Assembly: GCA_028023455.1 (NCBI GenBank) | Contig: JAQFVV010000002.1 | Span: 4,650,001 to 4,714,000 of the forward strand | Direction: 5' to 3' | DNA length: 64,000 nt | DNA from: Epiperipatus broadwayi | Taxonomy: Eukaryota; Animalia; Onychophora | Shown here: positions 12,432 through 23,941 of the stretch, in pieces | Layout: each line of letters begins with the position of its first letter | Position numbering within the stretch: position 1 is the stretch's first letter | The notes under the pieces: generated by a model | Databases searched by the model: none | What the model was told of the DNA's origin: nothing | What the model saw: only the letters and a program-made list of their open reading frames with translations | Position numbers and translations under genes: made by a program

Positions 12432-15393
12432 TGTAACGGTATAAATTGTCCCTCCACGTAACAAAATCTAGAACATAGGCAAAATACACTAAAGCTGATA
12501 GAATCCAGATGCTGTGATCCAGAATCTGACCAACATTCAACCCTTCACCTCTGTTCAATGATTTACTACCCTATGGATGACATTCCTCAATGTACACAGA
12601 CAATCAATTCACTCTCAGTCCAGCAGTCACTCCCGGTAGGACAAGAGACTCATAATTGAACTAATTTATCACTTATTTGATAAGATATATACACATATGG
12701 CTAAGTAATTAATTATAGAACCTAACAGGCTGATCTACATATATATGAAATAGTGTATGTGCAATTAAATATAGAGTTGGACAAAATGAATTCATGGACA
12801 ATAAAATATGCAAACGAGTCATAATTTTAAATATGATTACTTTAATAAAACAATAACAAATAATAAATTAAAACATACCAAATTATATGGTGGGAACATG
12901 AGGTATAATGCTCGCAGGCATTAGATAACTGCTGAGATTCAAGTTATATATTTCATTATAAGCATTTAATAATGTGTATTGTGGTATTGGAATTTCATGC
13001 CTATATTAATTAATATGCCAAATTTCTAGCTTTATTGTAGTCTACTAGATCATGCAGAACTTTATAGCCAAAGCTATATAACTAACTATCAAAATGCTCC
13101 TATGGCATCTATTTAATACAAAGTTAATTCGAGCACGTAATTAGGCTCAGAGATATGCAGGTTAGCGTGTTAACCTAGATTAGGATGTATACTAATGCTA
13201 GATAAGTGTTTAACATAAAAGGGAGAGAAAACTGATTTATGATAGGTTTACCTATATTCTCTATGGCACATATTAAAATATTAACTAAGCAAAAAGGTGC
13301 GAATGAGTCATTATTCACGGGCTTCAGTCTCCAAAGACTCGGTTTGCCCTAATACCACTCAACCTGCCGCGAATAAGAACATTAGTAGTTCAGATAGATA
13401 AGTGTTATGAATCATCTAGGTCCTTGTGCCCTAGTTCTAAAAGTGTGCTTGAACCCGAACTAAAGTGGATGAGAGTGACCTCCGCCAGAACTCATTGAGA
13501 ATCATGCAGCAAGCTGATAAGTGTACATTGCGTACTTTGTAATGACACATTCGCAACTTATACATATATATAACGCAATCACGTAACATTACATTATTGT
13601 GCCTTAATATTAGATAGCGTATATTTGCATATCTATATAATTCAGTTCTCAAATTTAGTATTTTAAATATACTATTAAGGGACTAAATTAATTAGTAACT
13701 TAGTTTAATATTATCACCTGCGTCTCAACATAAATAAATCTAAGGAGGATAAAGCATATTTGCAGAGTAATTACGAATAAAATATTAAAATATGCTTTGA
13801 GAATATTTCCGTAACTAGTTCTGGTGATATATGAGTTATATATATAAATAGTTATAATTCATAACTAAAATTAAGCAAACTGCATAAAATAGCTAGATAA
13901 CTGATTATTGTAATATTGATACCCAAAACTTAATCAGTAACATAATATGATCTCGAAACAGCGAGTGAGAATGAAGAATAATACTTCAATTGATTAATAT
14001 TAAATTATAAGGAAGATTTGAAGTTATCTTCGCAAATCGATAAGTTAAAATGATATTTAGAAATACTTGCGGTTTCAAGTCATTTGGCATATTAAATACA
14101 CATATTATATTAAAATGATAAAATCATAAAACAAAATTGAATAGATTTAGAAATAGGCATAAAAGACCGCAGAAAATTATACATTTAAAATAGATTATTA
14201 GGAGTTTTACAATTTAAAAGAGAATTCGAGTTTTACATTATAAAAGAAATTTTATAATCAGGCAAGACTTAGCATTTAACAATCTTCTTTGTAAAGTTTA
14301 GTAAAGGTGTTTGATGAAAGCAGATTTAGTGAATAGCTAGCTTTTAACAATAGAAAAATGAAAGTCACAGTTTATAGACAAGAGCTCTGAGAAAATTTTA
14401 CCGTTTAGTTGTTTCCATTGCAGCTGGTTTTGAAGCACTTGGGATGATAATTAATAAGTTGACACTTGATGATGATGCACAGTTAACAGAGATTTACCAT
14501 GGGCTACTTTTGGCTGGTGATGGCATTAGGTTTCATTGGACCAAAGCTCTCCATTATCCGCGAGGAGAGGCGGTGAATTATGGCCTCTACTCGAACATTT
14601 TAAGGTGAAACCAGCATAGATTCGGCCTACAGTTCACTTTATATATATATATATGATTGATCCCCTTGTTAATAAAACTTCAAGTATTTATTATACCTTT
14701 TGAAATCTGCACACCTGTTATTTTTTTGCGTAGCTGAACAATCCATTTTATTTTAGCCAAACATTTAATTATTCCCACTGGCAGAAAAACTCATTTCTTT
14801 ATTTAGATAAACAATTTTAGCGATAACAAAGTAATTTAGATTCTGTTTTCCCGGCTTATCTTGTTAACATTATATATTTCAAACAATATCCACACTATTT
14901 TAGGACTGTTTTAGAACTAGATGTGTGACCTAAAATCGAATGTTATTTTTGACAAAATTACCCTGTAATTAGCAGAAAACACTTTATAACCAGAGGCAGT
15001 AGAATAAATGCAGAATAACAGGAGATATGTAAATGCGATTTCACTAATACAATAATAAAGTTGCTAAATAATTTACCTAAAATATTTTTTAAAATAGAAA
15101 TGTCTATAAAATGAATTTACCTATCTGTAATATATATATATATACCATTAACTTAAATAATTTAGAATAAAATATTTCCTAAATGAGAATTTTTATAAAA
15201 TTGATCCATATCTGTAATCTATACATATTCAATTAAATTACAAACATGCTGCTCACATATATATGTGATTCTGCATCTATAATAATTTAATGTTATTCAG
15301 ATGGGGTACTCTGGGAGTGTTTAAACCTGGCATATAGATAGATATGTGGGTAACATAAGTGAAATGGGCAGATGGATGAAATTGACCATTTCA
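12432..15393. repeat. left LTR (2962 bp)
   Basis: Hand alignment of the first ~670 bp to the right LTR gives 28 substitutions (~96% identity). TG...CA ends. Confidence 0.92.
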
Positions 15394-15747
15394 TATCCCC
15401 AAACTTACTTAAAAAAATTAAAAAAATGCCTTTACTTAATCTGGATTACACCCAAATTTAGAACTCTACTCCTATCATAACATATCTCAAAGTATTCCTA
15501 GCCTTGCTTACTATTATATTCAAGCTCCACCCCAATAAAACTTAGATTAAAATTAAGATATATAAAACAACAAAAAAAACTTCCTAAGCTAATGAGATAA
15601 TATAAATTTATATATATAAAACTATATTTCTAAAGTGATATAAAAAACAAATGTATAAGTAATATAGATGTTGTTAGTAAACCCCAGGGTTGGTTAGTTT
15701 AATATACGAGTAAAAGGTAGGTGTTTGATCCATGTTCTTATGATTGT

Positions 15748-17852
15748 TTAGGTAGGATCTGGGGGTTGTTTGATATCTGGGGCAGGTGATACGGTATCAA
15801 AAAATCCTAGGAGGTCATCATTTTCTGACACCCAATCATACTCACTCTCATCCATCCCATCAAACAGGGAGGGATTATCCTTAACTGTCTCCAGGCATTT
15901 GGCAAATGCACTTCCTTCAAAAGGAATCTCCCTACCTTTTCTATATTCATCGTATTCAGCACATAAATTAGTGTATAACTCATTAAAATAATGGCCACCA
16001 CACATGGCAGGTATCTCTTTAATTTCCCCCTTGGCATCACTCTTGGGGTCTTAGGTTTAAATCTGACCTTGGAAGCACACCAATCTCTACCTCTGTCAAT
16101 ATGCTGGTAACATGATATTTTGATCAGGGTTTGATCCCATTTATCAAAGGGTAAGTACTGTAAAAGAAACCCAAAGGATGGCTTATCTGGTGGTTTCTTG
16201 TGAAACACTGTTGAAAGATTGGCATGTAACTCAGACCAGCCAAATGGTTTCTCAATGGTCCTCCAAGGTTCACAACAAAACCAACCCTTCTCCAGACCAG
16301 GAGCAACAGCTTGATTTTCATCCAACCTACTATAACTGCTTTGAATAAACCTATGCTCCTGTTTGAACAGCTGCTTACTTTCTAAGGACTCTGGAGGTCT
16401 ACCTTGCCAGCAATGAAAGTCTCTGAAATCCTTCTGGCTCAAACTGCCTACTGTATTGGCCAACACTGCCAACTGTTGGTATTTCATGTGCCTAAACTTT
16501 AGTGGATGTCTATTGACACTATTCAGGACTCCCTGACCAGAGTGGTATACCATCCTATACTCAAGTTCCTGCAGTGCCACTCTCCATCTCACTGTGGGAC
16601 TACTGTTACCAACCTCCAGATCAATGATATTAAATTTTTCAGCTCCACTCGATATTCCTAGCTCAGATGGACCTTTCTCGGTTTCTTTCTCTTCTCTAAC
16701 TTCCTGGTGAAGCTCTATTTGTTCAACTATTTCACCTAGTACTTTGGTTAGAATTACTATCTCTGCCTTTTCTATTTCTTTTGTTGGAATATATTCTACT
16801 TTGGTGATTGTTTCTGAAAGCAGTTTTTCTCTTTCTTCAATCATTTCTAAATCAACTTTTAATCTTTCTGTTCCATCACTTCCAGCTTCCAGCTTTTCTG
16901 CTCTTCATAAAGGCTCCATAATTTCAGGTATGATGGTCACTATTTCTTCCTCACTTAAGGGAATTAATTTAATAGTTTCCTTTATAACTTCTATTTCTTC
17001 CTTCTTAGTCCCAACTGTTTTTGCTTCCTTTGATATAATTTGGGTTGTAAGTTGTACAGTTTTTGTAACCTGCTCTAATTCAGCCATATACTCTGGTTCT
17101 TCTGTTTTGTCCCTTTCTTCTTCCACCGTACTATTACTATCCATGATATACTCAGCCAATTCACTACCTTCTTTCCTTATCCTCATCTCTATCTCTTTCT
17201 TCATTACCTCTTGCTCACATGGACCTTTCTTGGTTTCTGCTATACTCTGGTATGTCTGATCTTCTGTACTCTCTTGCTTGTTCAACTCCTCTCTTCTATC
17301 TACATTATCTCTCTTTTCTTTCTGATCTATCTTGGTGGTCTCCAAAATTACAACTTTCCCCATCTTTGGACTTGCAACCTTCTCCTCCAGACATTTCTGC
17401 CTTTTCCTCTGTTGTATTTCCTCTGGATCAGGCTGACATGAAACCTCTGCTCTTTTCTTCATCTGTGCAGCCGCTTCCTCGATATATTGCTCAAAGATTC
17501 TTTCTATCTTTAGCCGCTCCCCCTTATGGTCCTCTTCTATGTCTAAAATTTCTCTTCGATAAACTTCCTCTAGCTCTAATAGTTTTTTTGCAGGGTCACC
17601 ACCACTAGGCAAACCAGACTGGTGGCACAACTGGTATAACAAATCATTCTGGTGTTGAAGAGCCACCCGGTCTTTTTTTAACATTAAGGCCATCCTGGCC
17701 CCTTTCTTTTTTATCATTAAGGACACCTCCAATATCATGGTCCATGTTGCCTTGGTATATCCCTCATGGGCTATTTCACTGAATGCTGTCTCCTTTATAC
17801 TATCATTCATTATTAATTTTCTAAATATTCTATGAATATGGTTAACCACCAC
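15748..17852 (-). pseudogene. disrupted ~700-codon orphan ORF inside the LTR element
   Basis: ORFs 16905-17852 and 15807-16844 are in the same frame, separated only by TGA at 16905-16907 (intervening codons read RAEKLEAGSDGTERLKVDLE). A frameshift between about 16050 and 16005 leads into 15748-16005 (KSDAKGEIKEIPAMCGGHYF...). The N-terminal half is E/K-rich. Confidence 0.8.
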
Positions 17853-18719
17853 TCTCCCCTCCCCGAATGGTTCTACCTGTGGTCCAACTTTCCAATAGCC
17901 TCAGCCTACTCCAACTTACTACTAGCTTGCCCTATCTCCATTATATATAGTTTCATACTTAACTCAAAACATTTGGCTAAATTATAATAGCTATGTCTAA
18001 TATGGTTATTAAATTTTCTGCCTAATATAGATATAGTTCATAAATTACAATACTAGAAATTTGAAATATAGGTTATATAAAATTCATGAATCAGTATTTA
18101 TTAAAACAAAATTTATTCTTACCAAGTGCCTATCCCCTTTTAAATCAACTGCAATCGTTTCTATTAATAATAAAAAAATTATAAAGATTTATTATTGTGT
18201 TTAATATTATTATTATCGTTACTATGCCAGTTTTAATTTTATTTGAGTACTCATACAATAACATCATTTATAAATCTTGCACAACTCGTTTCATTGTCCG
18301 TATCCAACTCCAAAATATTACCAAAATATTACAAAAACATTAGATTTCTTTTACTATTAATATGCTTTTCTCACTTCTGATGACAACATTTATAATGAGA
18401 GACATATGGTCTTCTCTGAGCACCAGTCATCAGTGAACAAGTAACATTAAGCTTGTGCACATCATATATCAAAAAAAATTTTTATTTGCTTATTAAACCA
18501 CTCCAATAATAACGAAGTATTTCACTTCAATAGCCCCATGTGTATATATCCACTCTGTGCCAGCAAAAGAGAACAACAAAAAAAAAATTATTTGGCCTCT
18601 CTCTCCAGTATATGCCAATAAAAAAATATTTTACATATATATAGTATGGAAGAAAAATATTTTTTTATCCCCATATTATTTTATAATTTTAACTTTTGGC
18701 TAACGGGATTGGTGACTTG

Positions 18720-20170
18720 ACAAAGTTTGAACCCAAACAAAAAAAAACAATTTTTATTAATACATGATATATCCCGTGTTAATATATTATAAACATACAT
18801 ACAACATATCTTGATAACAGAAGTTATGGCATATAAATAAAAAATTTTAAAAAAATCTGGAAAAATTTCGTATATATATATTTAATGACACAGAGTGAGA
18901 AGATATGGATCAACTCAGTGTATGAAATAAACTACTATTTCCCAATAAAGTATTCGAACCTGGACGAAATAATTTTCTACATGCATTAATGTCAATGTAT
19001 AAATAGTTATGCCCACACATTGATGCGTATTCGGTGTGGGAACTAGATCGAGGACCTCATGTTTGGATATCCGGAATCGTGTTTAAAAAAAAAATTTATA
19101 CCACATATATATCAAAAAAAAACTTTACATCCCATATAACTCTTTTCTGCTATACTTTTATCCTTTTATTTAAACCGAAATTATCATTTAGGTATGTGCG
19201 TGTTTACATTATAAAATCTATATTGTTGCGTTAAAAACTCGGGGGGGGGGGGAATCAATAAATATATTTTTTTGGAAAAAAAAAATTTAGTACACATATA
19301 TATATATTTACCCCCTTCCACCTATCCTTTCTTTCTCTAACCGCCTGCATTCAATTAATGGTCATGTAAAACAATTACCGAAATCTAACATCTGGGCATT
19401 TATAATCCGAGAGAAAAATTGTACAAATATATATTTCCTATTTCCACATACATTCGATTGAAGGTAGGGGAAAATAATTAACGAATCAAACAAAAGAAAC
19501 TAATACTTATACACATTCAATTTAGGGTTATGGAAATAATTAACGAATCGAGCAAAAACAAAAAATTAATATATATATATTGAGGGATTTAAAAAAACAA
19601 AGTTTTTTAAAATTTATTCTACTTTGTAACCTGAATTCGGAAAAATATTTTACTCAGGATATATGTGTGATTTATACAATTGAAATCCCAGAATCTGAAG
19701 AGAAAATAATTTATACATACATCAATCAAAGGGAGTGTGGGTATATTATTCGAAATCCCTAATTTACAGTGTCAGAACTCGGACAAAAAAAATTATACAC
19801 ACATATATGCACATCTCTTCTCTCTACATATATTCGGTTCAGGAAGAAAAATTTCACATACACATATACAGCTAACATGCTCATGATCGTGGGAGTAATC
19901 GAATAGACTCAAAAGTTTGGGTGGTCAGAACCTAGAAAAAAAATTACACATATACAACGAGCGATATGGGAACATACCCACCTCAATATCCCCTCTCAGG
20001 TATGCAGATTTATATTCAAATGCCCTATTTGGTACGTCAGAATCCGGAGGAAAAAATCTACATATGCATTTTCCCTCTCTTGTGCCAGATTCATTCATGG
20101 TTTGCTCAGGGTCATGTAACTAAGTAACTGCCCCTGTTGAGCGATCAGAACCTGGAGAAAAAAAAACCTA
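18720..20170. repeat. degenerate repeat/spacer array (about 13 units) inside the LTR element
   Basis: Recurring motif CAGAAYCYGGA-(A-run)-TTTAYACATATA. It is clearest at 19689, 19773, 19926, 20038 and 20146, with weaker copies near 18729, 18855, 18956, 19070, 19237, 19404, 19631 and 19838. Spacers are dissimilar. Confidence 0.7.
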
Positions 20171-23152
20171 TGTAACGGTAAGAATTGTCCCTCCACGTAA
20201 CAAAATATAGAACATAGGCAAAATACACTAAAGCTGATTGAATCCAGATGCTGTGATCCAGAATCTGACCAACATTCCACCCTTCACCTCTGCTCAATGA
20301 TTTACTACCCTACGAATGACATTCCTCAACATACACAGACAATCAATTCACTCTCAGTCCAGCAGTCACTCCCGGTAGAACAAGAGATTCATAATTGAAC
20401 TAATTTATCAGTGATTTGATAAGATATATACACATATGGCTAAGTAATTAATTATAGAACTTAACAGGCTGATCTACATATATATGAAATAGTGTATGTG
20501 CAATTAAATATAGAGTTGGACAAAATGAATTCATGGACAATAAAATATGCAAAGGAGTTATAATTTTAAATATGATTACTTTAATAAAACAATAGCAAAC
20601 AATAAATTAAAACATACCAAATTATATGGTGGGAACATGAGGTATAATGCTCACAGGCATTATATAACTGCTGAGATTCAAGTTATATATTTCATCATAA
20701 GCATTTAATAATGTGTATTGCGGTATTGGAATTTCATGCCTATATTAATTAATATGCCAAATTTCTAGCTTTATTGTAGTCTACTAGATCATATGGAACT
20801 TTATAGCCAAAGCTATATAACTAACTATCATAACGCTCCTATGGCATCTATTTAATACAAAGTTAATTCGAGCACGTAATTAGGCTCAGAGATATGCAGG
20901 TTAGCGTGTTAACCTAGATTAGGATGTATACTAATGCTAGATAAGTGTTTAACATAAAAGGGAGAGAAAACTGATTTATGATAGGTTTACCTATATTCTC
21001 TATGGCACATATTAAAATATTAACTAAGCAAAAAGGTGTGAATGAGTCATTATTCACGAGCTTCAGTCTCCGAAGACTCGGTTTGTTCTAAGACCGCTCA
21101 ACCTGCCGCAAATAAGAACATTAGTAGTTCAGGTAGTCGGATAAGCATTATGAATCATCTAGGTCCTTGTGCCCTAGTTCTAAAAGTGTGCTTGAACCCA
21201 AACTAAAGTGGATAAGAGTGACCTCTGCCAGCACATCATCAAGAATCATGCAGCAAGCTGATAAGTGTACATTGCGTACTTTGTAAAGACACATCCGCAA
21301 CTTATACATATATATAACGCAATCGCGTAACATTACATTATCGTGCCTTAATATTAGATAGCATATATTTGCATATCTATATAATTTAGTTCTCAAATTT
21401 TGTATTTTAAATATACTATTAAGGGACTAAATTAATTAGTAACCTAGTTTAATATTATCACCTGCATCTCAATATAAATAAATCTAAGGAGGATAAAGCA
21501 TATTTGTGGGGTAATTATGAATAAAATATTAAAATATGCTTTGAGAATATTTAAAATATTAAAATATGCTTTGAGAATATTTATGTGGCTAGTTCCGGTG
21601 ATATATGAGTTATATATATAAATACTTATAATTCATAACTAAAATTAAGCAAACTGCATAAAATAGCTAGATAACTGATTACTGTAATATTGATACCCAA
21701 AACTTAATCAGTAACATAATATGATCTCGAACAGTGAGTGAGAATGAAGAATAATACTTCAATTGATTAATATTAAATTATAAGGAATATTTGAAATTAT
21801 CTTTGCAAATAGATAAGTTAAAATGATATTTAAAAACACTTGCGGTTTCGAGTCATTTGGCATATTAAATACACATATTATATTAAAATGATAAAATCAT
21901 AAAACAAAATTGAATAGATTTAGAAATAGGCATAAAAGACCGTAGAAAATTATACATTTAAAATAGATTATTAGGAGTTTTACAGTTTAAAAGAGAATTT
22001 AAATTTTATAATAAGGCAAGACTTAGCATTTAACAATTTTCTTTGTAGATTTTAGTAAAGGTGTTTGATGAAAGCAGATTTAGTGAATAGCTAGCTTTTA
22101 AAAATAGAGAAACAAAAGTCACAGTTTATAGACAAGAGCTCTGAGAAAATTTTACCATTTAGTTGTTTCCATTGCAGCTGGTTTTGAAGCACTTGGGATG
22201 ATAATTAATAAGTTGACACTTGATGATGATGCACAGTTAACAGAGATTTTTTATGGGCTACTTTTGGCTGGTGATGGCATTAGGTTTCATTGGACCGAAG
22301 CTCTCCATTCTTCGCGAGGAGAGGCAGTGAATTACGGCCTTTACTTGAATATTTTAAGGTGAAACCGGCATAGATTCGGCCTACAGTTCACTTAATATAT
22401 ATATGATTGATCCCCTTGTTAATAAAACTTCAAGTATTTATACCTTTTGAAATCTGCACACCTGTTATTTTTTTGTGTAGCTGAACAATCCATTTTATTT
22501 TAGCCAAATATTTAATTATTCCCACTGGCAGAAAAACTCATTTCTTTATTTAGATAAACAATTTTAGCAATAACAAAGTAATTTAGATTCTGTTTTCCCT
22601 GCTTATCTTGTTAACATTATATATTTCAAACAATATCCATGCTATTTTAGGACTGTTTTAGGACTAGATGTGTGACCTACATTAAATCTGTTTTACAAAA
22701 TCGAATGTGATTTTTGACAAAATTACCCTGTAATTAGCAGAAAACACTTTATAACCAGAGGCAGTAGAATAAATGCAGAATAACAGGAGATATGTAAATG
22801 CGATTTCACTAATACAATAATAAAGTTGCTAAATAATTTAACTAAAATATTTTTTAAAATAGAAATGTCTATAAAATGAATTTACCTATCTGTAATATAT
22901 ATACCATTAACATAAATAATTTAGACTAAAATATTTCCTAAATGAGAAATATTTATAAAATTGATCCATATCTGTAATCTATACACATTCAATTAAATTA
23001 CAGACGTACTGCTCGCATATATATGTGATTCTGCATCTATAATAATTTAATGTTATTCAGATGGGTACTCTCGGAGGGTTCAAACCTGGCATATAGATAG
23101 ATATGTGCATAACATAAGTGAAACAGGCAGATGCATGAAATTGCCCGTTTCA
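20171..23152. repeat. right LTR (2982 bp)
   Basis: Colinear with 12432-15393. Carries a private ~30-bp tandem duplication (AAAATATTAAAATATGCTTTGAGAATATTT, about 21522-21582) and small indels. Confidence 0.92.
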
Positions 23153-23422
23153 GTGATAAATTATCAAATACTGAAATTTATGCTAATGAATTATTGAATG
23201 TAAAATATAATAGTAAAGATATTTTATATATATTATACAAATTTATATATAGATGGAAGAAAAATATTATAGTAAACATGAAATATCATTACTATATATA
23301 AATATTAGAATGTGTAGTGTGATTACATCATTGTCTTTTCTGATTTCAATGTTGCATTTAATGTTAGACCAAATGCTGTTAAATTACTTATTAATAAAAA
23401 ATATGTTTTTCAAAAAATCAAT

Positions 23423-23820
23423 AAGTTGAATATTAGATATAAAGCAAAGTGCTAATGTGGATCCAGTTACACTGGTAAGTCAAAATGCACATTGAAAAAG
23501 ACAATTCATGAATATGAATGTTTGTACATTTAAATCTGTATTTGCAGAACATTCAATTCTTTGTAATAGAAGTTTTTGCTTGGACAGTGGTTTTATTTTA
23601 CATGTGGTAATTGATTTGAAGAAAAGAAAAATCAAACAAGCATATTTTGTAAATATGACAGATAATTTATTAATTAAACAAAATAATTGTGTTAATGTAT
23701 ATATAAATTATGGAAAGTTGGCCATTTACATAGGAATGTTAACTAAATGTGTTTTTAATAAAAAAAATTTCATTTGTAAATTTTAACTTACTCAGGATGG
23801 TAGACATACTGTAAACTGCC
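23423..23820 (+). mobile_element. Penelope GIY-YIG endonuclease remnant followed by a decayed hammerhead
   Basis: Translation KLNIRYKAKC*CGSSYTGKSKCTLK then KSVFAEHS...ILH...KRKIKQA matches the PLE GIY-YIG pattern. 23791-23816 CTCAGGA-T-GGTA-GACA-TACT-GTAAAC resembles a mutated CTGAGGA-T-stem-GAAAC. Confidence 0.65.
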
Positions 23821-23941
23821 TGTTGTTATTATTTACTTTTATGTAATAGTATTTTGATTATTATAGAGATTATTCCAGAGTATTTTGTTTATTATATTTA
23901 TTCTATCTGATTTTAGAACTATATAATAAATAGCATGCTAA

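Larger units (their letters stand above)
12432..23152. mobile_element. 10.7-kb LTR retrotransposon-like element, non-autonomous (no pol), about 3-kb LTRs
   Basis: Direct repeats 12432-15393 and 20171-23152 both start TGTAACGG and end TTTCA. The termini are imperfect inverted repeats (TGTAACGG / CCGTTTCA). A 4-bp target duplication GTGA lies at 12428-12431 and 23153-23156. The internal region is 4777 bp. Confidence 0.92.

Noticed and set aside
15770-17608. Plus-strand ORFs 15770, 16744, 17211 and 17219 (and 50-367)
   Set aside because: These are antisense shadows of purine-rich minus-strand coding sequence, giving S/F/L-rich translations with no independent support.
18395-18440. CTGATGA on the minus strand inside the LTR element as a hammerhead
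   Set aside because: It is followed by GAAG rather than GAAA, and no helix I complement exists.
18720-20170. CRISPR array interpretation of the repeat-spacer pattern (also considered for 59020-59890)
   Set aside because: Repeats are highly degenerate, spacing is irregular, no cas genes are present, and the context is a eukaryotic TE landscape.
12432-23152. Simple tandem segmental duplication
   Set aside because: Both copies share precise TG and CA boundaries with terminal inverted repeats, and the outer ends are flanked by a 4-bp direct repeat, which indicates integrase-mediated insertion.
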